A DNA stretch of 64,000 bases from Bdellovibrionota bacterium (GTDB lineage Bacteria > Bdellovibrionota_C > UBA2361 > CALJRW01): assembly GCA_041740355.1 (NCBI GenBank), contig JBGSMD010000046.1, positions 32,001-96,000 of the forward strand. The letters run 5' to 3'. Under the pieces are notes generated by a model. The model did no database searches. It had not been told where the DNA came from and saw nothing but the letters and a program-made list of their open reading frames with translations. The stretch's first letter is position 1. The number at the start of each line of letters is the position of its first letter. A program made the translations under genes and the position numbers. Of the stretch, positions 40,822 through 49,654 are shown one piece after another.

Positions 40822-41325
40822 ATGCGCATCTATATACCAATATTATTGTTACTTTTAAGCAATTCTTTATTTGCTGAGACTTCTTCGGCTGTTTCTGAGC
40901 TTAAAGGTTTGGGGAATGAAATTACAGGCACGGTTAGTTTTACTAAAGCTGTTCCAACAGGCGTTGATGTGAAAATTGATATTTCTGGTGTTACTCCTGG
41001 AGAACATGGTTTTCATATTCATCAATTTGGTGACTGTTCTGCCCTTGATGGTACGTCTGCTGGAGGACATTTTTCAGTTGGAGATCATCAGCATTCACAC
41101 CGCGAAGCTGCAAGTCGTCATGTTGGAGATTTAGGTAATCTCCTTGCAGATAAAGATGGAAATATTAAAGTTACATTTAACGATCCGCAGATTGAGCTAA
41201 ATGGAGAAAAAAGTATTGTTGGGCGGGGCCTAATATTACATGCTGACGCGGATGATTTTAAAACACAACCGACTGGTAATTCTGGTGCAAGGATTGCTTG
41301 TGGTGTAATTGGAATTAAGAACTAA
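40822..41325 (+). CDS. sodC: Periplasmic Cu/Zn superoxide dismutase
   Basis: Signal peptide; HGFHIH, SAGGHF, H.GDLGN, GR.LILH...DD, GNSGARIACG. Confidence 0.96.
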   Translation: MRIYIPILLLLLSNSLFAETSSAVSELKGLGNEITGTVSFTKAVPTGVDVKIDISGVTPGEHGFHIHQFGDCSALDGTSAGGHFSVGDHQHSHREAASRHVGDLGNLLADKDGNIKVTFNDPQIELNGEKSIVGRGLILHADADDFKTQPTGNSGARIACGVIGIKN

Positions 41326-41350
41326 GCATAATTCTTGATTCCATGTGATC

Positions 41351-41412
41351 GATAGTAAAGCCTAGAATGAATTTCCGAAAAACTAATTCGGAAATTCCTT
41401 TCTAGGACTATC
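41351..41412. repeat. ATAGT...ACTAT hairpin between convergent genes (possible bidirectional terminator)
   Basis: GATAGT(aaag)CCTAGAA.GAATTTCCGAA ... TTCGGAAATTC..TTCTAGG.ACTATC. Confidence 0.65.
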
Positions 41413-41440
41413 TATTGCTAGCGGAGTAGTTCTAAGTGGC

Positions 41441-42499
41441 TCACTTGGAATCTGTTTTTTTATATCCAACAAGTTCAACATAAGCCTGTCCGGTGACTTG
41501 ATTGCTTTGATAGACAAGACTTCTTCCTTCCCAGTATGTTACACTTAAATCTTTACTGGTAAATTCTTGATTGGCTAAAGTAGGCTTAATTGTTAGATCG
41601 AGATTAAACTTGGGTACCTTTATCTTCCAGAGTGCCGGATAAGAAATCTGCGTTTCGCTACTTTTCCAATAATCTAAGACCTCAATTTGATAATCATTAA
41701 GATCTAAATTTTCTTTAATACCAGAATGATTGATGAATGACCCTTTAGAATAATTCGTAACATTTCCAGCAGCGTCTTTTAAATAGTACAACATGAGTTC
41801 AGTATTATTATCTAACTGAATTGCAAACCAATCCCAGCCGGCTTCTTGTCGATTAACAGTTTTGCCCATTACCTCATGGTCCATCCAGACCTTAGCAGTG
41901 ATCGGATAATTTTGATGATTTAAAATTAACTCGCCTTCGCCTTGAAGGTTACTAAAGCTCGTGTACAACGAGGCACTCCCGTTCTCTTTACTTTTAGCAC
42001 TGAATCCATCTGCCCCTTGGAGAATCACCGGTTTCTTTGGTTGGAGGACTAGGTTAAGTTGATAATTTGGTAAGTTAATAGAAAGACTTAGTTGATCCTT
42101 AATCAGCTTGATTCGATGATTTAAAGCAGAGATATCTAGAGTTTCCGACGAGCTTTTAACTAAATCAAAATTTTCTCTAATTAATTCTTCTTGATGATAA
42201 TATTTATTATCCTGATCGTCTGTTAACGCTGTATGTACGATGAAGACATTCTTTGATTTCCAAGGCGAATCACTAACTCTAAAATCATCAAGACCTACTC
42301 TAAAAACTGTTATCTCGAAGCCAAAAGTTCTGTTTTCATTAGCAGTTAAATGTCCAGTAAAATACCACCACTCCATCGGATAGTTGTCATGACTACCGTG
42401 GTCTTTTGGAAAACTGAATTGATAGTCAGGTTTCACAGTTTGATATTCAGCAAGACAATTGCTTGATAATAATATTATAAATAATATACGTAATAACAT
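41441..42499 (-). CDS. AttH/CrtC-like lipocalin-fold secreted protein
   Basis: FP.DHG.H, EWWYFTG.L, WMDHE, GWDWF.IQL, YWEG, G.AYVEL.GY. Confidence 0.9.
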   Translation of the reverse strand: MLLRILFIILLSSNCLAEYQTVKPDYQFSFPKDHGSHDNYPMEWWYFTGHLTANENRTFGFEITVFRVGLDDFRVSDSPWKSKNVFIVHTALTDDQDNKYYHQEELIRENFDLVKSSSETLDISALNHRIKLIKDQLSLSINLPNYQLNLVLQPKKPVILQGADGFSAKSKENGSASLYTSFSNLQGEGELILNHQNYPITAKVWMDHEVMGKTVNRQEAGWDWFAIQLDNNTELMLYYLKDAAGNVTNYSKGSFINHSGIKENLDLNDYQIEVLDYWKSSETQISYPALWKIKVPKFNLDLTIKPTLANQEFTSKDLSVTYWEGRSLVYQSNQVTGQAYVELVGYKKTDSK

Positions 42500-42500
42500 C

Positions 42501-44903
42501 TTATTCGAATTTAAGTTGAGTAGAATCAGTTTTAAATTTTAAAAATCTAATTGCATAAGCAAGAAGCAAGGGAATCGTAATAATTCCAGTAATTAGTTTA
42601 AGTGAGGTTTGAAATTTAATACTCCAGCCAAAATAATTAGGATTAACAATAAATACTAAATAGTAAGCAAATAATAAGCCCAGAGTAACGCCAAGTAAGA
42701 TGCTTAAACCGACAATCAACAATGATTCAAAACTAATAATTTTAGAAATCTGTTTGGAATTAGCACCGATCGCTTTTAAAGCAGCAAAGTTTCTTGCTTG
42801 ATCAATGAGTAGTAATTTAAGATTTGTAATTAGATTGAGTAAAGAAATAATTAAGCTAATTAGTAGAATATTATAAGTTAAACTGAAAGTACTATCAAAA
42901 ATTTCTAAAATTTCCTGCTTTATTTTTTGATTATTAGTAACTAAAAACTTCATCTCCGACTTAGCTAATTGATTGATAAATTGATTAACTTTCTCTGGGC
43001 TTTTTGAAGACTTATTAAGAAAAATTGAAACAACATTAGGTTGTTGCTGCTTAGTAATATCACTAAACTTTTGAAAGTTAATAGTGACTGTTCCGAACTC
43101 TGATTTGTAGTCAATGTAGCTTCCCAGGATTTTAAATTTGACTAGTTTATTTTGAAAACTAAAACTAATTTGATCGTTAACATGCAACTTATGTTTTCTT
43201 AGAAAATTTTCAGAGACAAAAGCTCCATTAGGATTAATCTTTTTGGGTAGCTTTTCTTTGAAAACGTATTTTTCTGTTAGGTTTATAAAGGGAGTACCAA
43301 TTAATGTTACAGGTTGATTGTTATATTCCAGATCAAGAAACGTAGCATAATCGATACTCTCAATCTCAGGATTTTTTAATAGTTCTTCTAGGAAACTATT
43401 GGGAAAATATGCTTGATCCTGAGTCATGAAGTTTTTGGACATTGTTAGATAAACATCGGCATTAATAACTTTGTTAATCCACTGGTCTACTGTCACACGA
43501 AAGCTGAAAATCATTGTGCCAATTCCTACAATCATCGCAACAGAAATACTAATTGCAGCAATCGTGGCGGATTGTCGTTTTAAATTTGAGCTAAAATGAT
43601 CAAAAACATAGGCAGTCGTTAAATTCCAACTTTTAGCAGGTAAGAGCTTAATAAGACTTGGAAGGATTAGAATTAAACTCAGAATAATTAAACTAGGCGG
43701 AACAAATAACCATAAGTCTTTTAACTCGAAGATAATTGGTATTGCCGCAATAAACAATAAAACTAAGCCTAAATAAAAATATCCTGGTACCTTATTACTA
43801 AATATTTGTTCTGAATTTTCTTTGGAGAGACTATACTTTATTGATAATTTTAAGGCCTCTCGGCTTGGTAAATAGCAGGCAACCAAGCCAGTAAAGAAAG
43901 TTGCCAAGCTAGTTAGTACGACTGTTTTCCAAGAAGGGAATAGCAATTGATCATTTTGATATTTATACAAAGTTTCTAAAGAACGTTGAAAGTAGATTTG
44001 TGAAAAATTTGCTAAGCAGATACTAAAAATAATTCCTGTGAGAATTGCTGTCGTGATTATTAGGATCGCTTCGAGGTAGATGATCAATTGGATCTGTCTT
44101 GGTCTGGCACCTAGCGTTCTAAGAATTCCAAAATCTGGACCTCGAATATTTGTGAGGTATGAAAAAATATTATAAATGATCAAAACACTTAAACCGATGG
44201 CAATTGCTGCCATGAAATTCAAATTCGCCCGCAGTGCTCTAGTTAAATCTGCTGCGGCTGATTTCATTTGAAAGTTATTCTTAACTGAGTAGTCATTGCC
44301 AAGAAAGCTGACTAGCTCTGCTTCCGAACATTCTCTGACAATTAAGTAGTCCACAGTTTCGTAATTTTTTGTGACATCTTGGAAGGTTGCGATGTCCGTA
44401 ATAAAGTTGTTACTTTTAAGGAGATGACTAAAGTTCTTCTTGATCCGGAGGGGGCGGACATTTGCGCGTTGTTTATTGCCATCAATCTCCAAAAGCTCTT
44501 CTGTTGGATTAGGACTTAAGCTGTAGAATATTGGTAGATTGCTGAAATTCTCTTGCTGGGTGCTTAGGTTTAATAGAAAAAGATCCGTTCCAATTAAAGT
44601 TTTTGCAATTCGATTCTCAGTATAAATCGTTCTAGTACTAATAGGAGTGATTAAGGAACTAGGAAATCTTCTTTTAATTTGAGAGTAGAGTTCATTTGCT
44701 ACCGGTGCACCAGATAATGACCTAACTACTAACTGCTCATTTGTAAAAAGTAGGTTGGTTTCATTCTTATAGTTCTGAATAATATTTTCATTAATTGTTA
44801 ATACTGTAGCTAAGATTGCGACCCCTAGCGTTAAGCTGATAATAGTTAGAAAATACTTAAAAATATTATGTCTGATATAGGAAAGGGCATAGAGTAATGG
44901 CAT
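42501..44903 (-). CDS. ABC transporter permease, FtsX/MacB-like double module
   Basis: Two permease halves with LRTLGA and LKAIGA loops; N..YFGW.I tail. Confidence 0.88.
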   Translation of the reverse strand: MPLLYALSYIRHNIFKYFLTIISLTLGVAILATVLTINENIIQNYKNETNLLFTNEQLVVRSLSGAPVANELYSQIKRRFPSSLITPISTRTIYTENRIAKTLIGTDLFLLNLSTQQENFSNLPIFYSLSPNPTEELLEIDGNKQRANVRPLRIKKNFSHLLKSNNFITDIATFQDVTKNYETVDYLIVRECSEAELVSFLGNDYSVKNNFQMKSAAADLTRALRANLNFMAAIAIGLSVLIIYNIFSYLTNIRGPDFGILRTLGARPRQIQLIIYLEAILIITTAILTGIIFSICLANFSQIYFQRSLETLYKYQNDQLLFPSWKTVVLTSLATFFTGLVACYLPSREALKLSIKYSLSKENSEQIFSNKVPGYFYLGLVLLFIAAIPIIFELKDLWLFVPPSLIILSLILILPSLIKLLPAKSWNLTTAYVFDHFSSNLKRQSATIAAISISVAMIVGIGTMIFSFRVTVDQWINKVINADVYLTMSKNFMTQDQAYFPNSFLEELLKNPEIESIDYATFLDLEYNNQPVTLIGTPFINLTEKYVFKEKLPKKINPNGAFVSENFLRKHKLHVNDQISFSFQNKLVKFKILGSYIDYKSEFGTVTINFQKFSDITKQQQPNVVSIFLNKSSKSPEKVNQFINQLAKSEMKFLVTNNQKIKQEILEIFDSTFSLTYNILLISLIISLLNLITNLKLLLIDQARNFAALKAIGANSKQISKIISFESLLIVGLSILLGVTLGLLFAYYLVFIVNPNYFGWSIKFQTSLKLITGIITIPLLLAYAIRFLKFKTDSTQLKFE

Positions 44904-45547
44904 TAGGCTTGGAGTTGATAATCCTTTAAATGCACAATCTGATCTGCAAAGGATATTAATTCTTGGTTATGGGTGACAACAATTACAGTCTTCTTTTCTT
45001 CAACTGCTAGCTTTTTAAGAATTGTCATTACTTGATATGAGTTCTCCGTATCTAAATTGCCTGTTGGCTCATCGGCTATAATAATATCTGGGTTGTTTAT
45101 TAATGCTCGGGCAATAGCAGCTCTTTGAAGTTCGCCTCCTGAAACTTGATGAGGAAAAGAATCAGCAAGCTGATCAATACCGAGGGTCTTCATTAACTTA
45201 AGGGCGTTATCAGTATTTGCAGGACCAACTAAATAACTTGGAAGTAGAATATTTTTTTTAATACTTAAAGAGTTCAAGAAATTAAAAAATTGAAAAACAA
45301 TTCCAAAATTATTAGCACGAATTACAGCCAACTTATCTTCAGATAATTGGTTAATATTTTCTGATTTAAATGAAACTTCACCTTTGTCCGGCAGATCTAA
45401 TCCTGTAACCAAATTTAATAAGGTGCTTTTTCCAGAACCACTAGGACCAAAAATTAAATACAATTTTTGCGCCTCAAAAGTAAACGTCAGATTATTAAGT
45501 ACCTGACGTTTACCATAAGACTTAGAAACAGCTATGAGTTGCAACAT
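44903..45547 (-). CDS. ABC transporter ATP-binding protein (LolD-like)
   Basis: GPSGSGKST, VSGGELQR, ADEPTGNLD, VTH. Confidence 0.95.
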   Translation of the reverse strand: MLQLIAVSKSYGKRQVLNNLTFTFEAQKLYLIFGPSGSGKSTLLNLVTGLDLPDKGEVSFKSENINQLSEDKLAVIRANNFGIVFQFFNFLNSLSIKKNILLPSYLVGPANTDNALKLMKTLGIDQLADSFPHQVSGGELQRAAIARALINNPDIIIADEPTGNLDTENSYQVMTILKKLAVEEKKTVIVVTHNQELISFADQIVHLKDYQLQA

Positions 45548-45771
45548 CCTGTTTTCTTTTCAGTTGAACAAGCTCCGCAACCTTTAGTGAAGTTTGCTAA
45601 ACCCATAAAAGTCGGAGCCCAGAGTCCGACAAAAATTCCGAATCTTTCGGCATGCGCGATACTCTCAGCATCAGTACCTTTGCTAAGATACCAAATAGAA
45701 ATCGAACCAATAATTGAAGCCATCGCTAAAATAACACAAAGTAGACTAAATCTTTTACAACATGCTGACAT
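45532..45771 (-). CDS. Small two-TM membrane protein with Cys-rich termini
   Basis: SI..SI.IW and HAERFGIFVGLWAPT; AGGAG RBS; overlaps the ATPase start. Confidence 0.75.
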   Translation of the reverse strand: MSACCKRFSLLCVILAMASIIGSISIWYLSKGTDAESIAHAERFGIFVGLWAPTFMGLANFTKGCGACSTEKKTGCCNS

Positions 45772-45838
45772 AAATTTTCTCCTAATAGTAAAGATCTTTG
45801 AACTAAGACGTCTTAATCTTAATTTAATTACTAATAAC

Positions 45839-45970
45839 TTGATACCAGCAAAGATTTGTCAAAATTGTGGTCGATCATTTGATTTCCGCTCCAAGTGGAA
45901 GAATTGCTGGGAAGAGGTAAGATATTGTTCGGAAAAGTGTCGACAAGTATATAGTAATGACAAAAAATAA
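45839..45970 (+). CDS. DUF2256 small Cys-knuckle protein
   Basis: KICQNCGRSF.FR.KW..CWEEVRYCSEKCR; TTG start at 45839 within track ORF 45467-45970. Confidence 0.8.
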   Translation: MIPAKICQNCGRSFDFRSKWKNCWEEVRYCSEKCRQVYSNDKK

Positions 45971-46177
45971 TTTACTGCCTGCCTAGCCGAAGCTTCAGCG
46001 AAGGCTGGTTAGTAAATTAAACAGAGTCATTACGGCTAATGCAAATCTTGAATTCTTGTCGCGCCAAAGCAAAAGCTACGGCGGATATCCAAGTTTACAT
46101 AGCTAAATGCAACATAAATAGTGAGTCCAAGCGAAATCCTTAGCTTTTTAAAGTAATTTATTATTTGGACTCACTAT
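45969..46177. repeat. Cluster of REP-like hairpins and an ATAGT...ACTAT element
   Basis: AATTTACT..GCCGAAGCTTCAGCGAAGGC..AGTAAATT; ATAGTGAGTCCAA (46118-30) / TTGGACTCACTAT (46165-77). Confidence 0.65.
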
Positions 46178-46418
46178 AAAGAGTCCAGAGTCAATTTTTG
46201 GAAGCAAGAGATATTAATAAGTTGTAACTCTAATACTTCAATTTGTCCCTCGCAAATTGCAAGAAAGGCTCTACCCGAGGCTTGAAAAGAGCACATGGAA
46301 TTTTTGGGACAAGCTGCCCGTTTGCTTGTACACGAAGGAGATATCGTAATACTTCAAGGTAATAAAATTGTGAATCCTAGCGAGTTTAAGGCACCAATAC
46401 GATTAAAGTTAAAATAGT
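46178..46418 (+). pseudogene. DUF3253 domain remnant
   Basis: SICPSQIAR..EA*KEHM....AARLLVHEG.I.ILQG...V.P..FKAPIRL; TGA at 46283 where the family usually has Trp; no upstream start codon in frame. Confidence 0.75.
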
Positions 46419-47549
46419 ATGCTTAGATCAACAAGTACTTTATTATCAGATTTAAATCTTAGTGGACTGGCCGACATTCTTAGTAGACTGAACTTAGCGA
46501 GCTATCACCAAACAAGAAATTATTTAGATGGCGCTGTTTCTGGGTTATCACCGCTAATTACTCACGGGGCTATTACAATACCTGATATCATAGATAACTT
46601 AGAAAAGTTTCCTCTTAAAGATCGTGCTGGATTCATCTTTCAACTTGGATGGCGAGAGTATTTTCAAAAGATATGGCAAGATTATAATCCACTTGAAGAA
46701 TTAAGAGATAACTATAAAAAGAAATTATTTTCTGGTGTTCCGATCCCGATTATAGAGCGAAATACAGGTCTGGAAATAATTGATCAAGAATTATCAACGT
46801 TAATCAGTACTGGCTATATTCATAACCATTCACGTTTATGGATTGCTAGTTTGACCACTCATATCTATCAGGGAAATTGGAAGGACTCGGCTACTTGGAT
46901 GTATTATCATTTACTTGATGGTTGCCCCGCCAGTAATTTTCTTTCCTGGCAATGGGTTTACGGAAGCTTTAGCAGTAAGCCATATTTGTTTAATCAAGAT
47001 AACTTAAATAAATATTCCAAATCTAATCAGATGAGAACATTTATTGATTGTGATTACTCGGTAATTCCAAATTTGAAATTATCGGTTCCGATGAAACCAT
47101 TTGTGACTGAAAGTTTAATCGACGAGTGTCAACTTGCATTAATGAGTCTTTCGACAATAAAAAAGGAGCAAATTGTTAAGTCATCTGAGATTCTATTGTA
47201 CTCAATTTTTACTCTTGATGCTAATTGGAGGTCTGAATCTTCCGGATTAAGAGTCTTGTGGTTAGATCCAAAGTTTTTTTATGAGTATCCGATTAGTCCA
47301 AAGAGAGTAGAATTTATCCAAAGTTTAATAAACAGAATTCCAAATCTATCTGTTTATTATGGGGAACTGTTAGAAGATGACTTAACTCACCAAAAAGTAT
47401 TTTTAAAAGATCATCCGATATTTAAAGAATGGAAGATTAAAAAGGATACCGATAGTTACATTCTTCCGGATGTCACTGTTAGCAAAGATCGCAGTTATTT
47501 TTGGTATTGGAAAAGAATTGCCAAGCAATTAGGAATTAATTACCCTTAG
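46419..47549 (+). CDS. Photolyase/cryptochrome FAD-binding-domain protein (short type)
   Basis: Y..TRN, VS.LSP.ITHG, QLGWREYF, TGYIHNH.R.W.AS, LLDG.PASN.LSWQW. Confidence 0.9.
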   Translation: MLRSTSTLLSDLNLSGLADILSRLNLASYHQTRNYLDGAVSGLSPLITHGAITIPDIIDNLEKFPLKDRAGFIFQLGWREYFQKIWQDYNPLEELRDNYKKKLFSGVPIPIIERNTGLEIIDQELSTLISTGYIHNHSRLWIASLTTHIYQGNWKDSATWMYYHLLDGCPASNFLSWQWVYGSFSSKPYLFNQDNLNKYSKSNQMRTFIDCDYSVIPNLKLSVPMKPFVTESLIDECQLALMSLSTIKKEQIVKSSEILLYSIFTLDANWRSESSGLRVLWLDPKFFYEYPISPKRVEFIQSLINRIPNLSVYYGELLEDDLTHQKVFLKDHPIFKEWKIKKDTDSYILPDVTVSKDRSYFWYWKRIAKQLGINYP

Positions 47550-48329
47550 TAGTTGGTCATGAACTAGGCCATTACTAATCAGGCCTGGTTTGGTAGAATT
47601 TCTTAAGACAAATGGACTTCCATCAAAGCTACTACATTTTCCACCGGCTTCTTCTACGATTAATACCATGGCAGCAATGTCATAGGCATTATAACCCATG
47701 ATGGTGTAAGCTACGGCATTGCCTAAGGCGACAGTAGCAGCTTCACAAACAGCGGCACCAAAGTTTCTAGTTCGCCCTACTTCCGGCATTAGTTTTTTAA
47801 CCATAGCAAACCAATTTTTATTATACTCATCTTGAGCAGTTAGGGTTTTGCCTAAGTTTAATCCATTATTGATCACCATTGCTGTTTTTAAGTCAGAGTA
47901 TTTGCTGACCGCAAGTTTTTGATCATTACAAAATGCGCCATGGCCTTTTAATGCTGAAAAAAACTGGTTCATCATGGGGCAATCTACAACTCCTAGTTGC
48001 AGCACACCTTCGTATTCCATCGCGATAGAAACTCCCCAAAGTGGCAGCCCCGCAGCATAATTGGCAGTACCGTCAATTGGATCAACGTGCCATTGATAAG
48101 GGCTGGAGGTATTGAAGTCGACTCCTTCCTCAGTTACTAGTCCATGAGTTGGAAAGTGTTTTAGGATTTCTTCGCGAATTAAAATATCGCAAGCTAGATC
48201 AGCCTCTGTTACTAAGTCCTTGGGATTTTTTTCAATAATTTGATTGAGCTTTGGACGCATTGAAACAGCAAGTTTACCTGCAACCTGAGCAATATTTTTT
48301 GCAACAATAAATTCTTGGTTGAAATCCAT
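47529..48329 (-). CDS. Inositol monophosphatase family protein
   Basis: DLVTEAD, EE, VDPIDGTANY, YDIAA..LIVEEAGG. Confidence 0.92.
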   Translation of the reverse strand: MDFNQEFIVAKNIAQVAGKLAVSMRPKLNQIIEKNPKDLVTEADLACDILIREEILKHFPTHGLVTEEGVDFNTSSPYQWHVDPIDGTANYAAGLPLWGVSIAMEYEGVLQLGVVDCPMMNQFFSALKGHGAFCNDQKLAVSKYSDLKTAMVINNGLNLGKTLTAQDEYNKNWFAMVKKLMPEVGRTRNFGAAVCEAATVALGNAVAYTIMGYNAYDIAAMVLIVEEAGGKCSSFDGSPFVLRNSTKPGLISNGLVHDQLLRVINS

Positions 48330-48361
48330 AAGCTTTTCCAGATAAATGATTAGAGTTGATA

Positions 48362-49372
48362 CTAGTTTACTAGTTTCGTTTTTTTCTTAGCAGTATATTT
48401 AAGTTTTTCAGTATAAACCAATTTATAATTTTTGATTGTGGCTTTCATGATCTGTTCAAATGCTTTCATCTCACCATTCGGACGATAAAGTACTTTCCCC
48501 GGTTTAGAGTTCATTTCAATCATATAGGCTCTACCATTTGGATCTAACATAAAATCAGCAGTTAGCATGCTATAAGGATATTTATTGATTACTTTCTCAA
48601 CGAGAATCCAAGCTTTCAGTACTGCCTGGGGAACTTCTGATTTTTTAAGAATCATCATTTTTGCACCACGAGAAAAATTAGAGAACAAGCTACCGTTAGT
48701 GGCTACCCGAGTATAATAATGAAGCACTTCTCCATTTGCATAGACTACACGATAGTCCTGAACTGGGTGTTTAGTAGTGATAAATTCTTGAAGTAAGTAA
48801 TTTGGTTTAATATCTAATTTTAAGGCATCCTTCTTTAAAAGGATCTCAACGTTTTTAGCACTGCTTCCTTCTCGGGGCTTAATTACTACTTTCTCTGAGT
48901 TGATTAAATTTATTTTTGCTTTTAGTTCCTCATTTGAATTGATTAAAATAGTCTTTGGGTAGAGTGCTTTAAATTTCAAATAGTTTTTGTACTTATCAAC
49001 TAGTAACATTTCCAAGTCGAAAGGATTGGCGGCAAACATTTTCTTCTTGGCGAAGAATTTTTTAAAGGGCATCAGTTTTGGTTTGTTTACTGATAAGTCA
49101 TGAATAATATCAGCTTTGATATCAGAGACACGAATCCAACCCATCAGTGGATCAAGATACCACGCCTTAGTGAATAGTCCTGTTTTCGTATCATACCAGC
49201 GATAGTCAGCGCGTATAATGCTGATGTTTTCTTTTTTGGCAAAAGGAATAAATTGTTGATAGTAAAACTCTGATTCTTTTTTGTAGATTCCCATTCTAGC
49301 GAAGATTGGATTGGTCCACTTCATAACAACGCAATTTGCTACAGTAAATGGTGGTAATTTATTCTGGTTCAT
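48362..49372 (-). CDS. ATP-grasp ligase (RimK/YheCD-like)
   Basis: DKY, VVIKP.EGS, LLQEFI, DYRV, SNFSRG, DF.L, IEMNSKPG. Confidence 0.85.
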   Translation of the reverse strand: MNQNKLPPFTVANCVVMKWTNPIFARMGIYKKESEFYYQQFIPFAKKENISIIRADYRWYDTKTGLFTKAWYLDPLMGWIRVSDIKADIIHDLSVNKPKLMPFKKFFAKKKMFAANPFDLEMLLVDKYKNYLKFKALYPKTILINSNEELKAKINLINSEKVVIKPREGSSAKNVEILLKKDALKLDIKPNYLLQEFITTKHPVQDYRVVYANGEVLHYYTRVATNGSLFSNFSRGAKMMILKKSEVPQAVLKAWILVEKVINKYPYSMLTADFMLDPNGRAYMIEMNSKPGKVLYRPNGEMKAFEQIMKATIKNYKLVYTEKLKYTAKKKTKLVN

Positions 49373-49654
49373 TGATTTAGAGTTTTAACTTTTGTTACTT
49401 CTGGAAGACTATAATCGAGCGCTCCTCTAGTACCTATTACTAGATTATTTAGCTCCGCTTGCAAGATGCTAATTCGCTTTTGGTATTTAAGGTCTGTAAG
49501 GCCATTTGTTATTTGGTAGGGGTCGGCTAACATATTATAATACTCTAAAATCAAAGCCTAGATCCTCAGAAATCAATAAAAGTACGTTCGGTAACTTTTC
49601 TGCTAAGGTAACATTGGCAATAAAAAGTATGAGAATAGCTAAATATTTAAACAA
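49369..49654 (-). pseudogene. Sulfatase remnant with a large internal deletion
   Basis: Signal peptide plus PNVLLLISEDLG (49654-49535) joined out of frame to EYYNMLADPYQITN..Y....L...L, a sulfatase C-terminus-like segment. Confidence 0.7.

Noticed and set aside
45467-45838. N-terminal 124 aa of track ORF 45467-45970
   Set aside because: Antisense to the ABC ATPase and the 79-aa membrane gene; only the DUF2256 part from 45839 looks real.
46283-46285. TGA at a Trp position as evidence for genetic code 4 or 25
   Set aside because: Other genes use TGG for conserved Trp and translate full-length under code 11; TGA terminates the gene ending at 41441.
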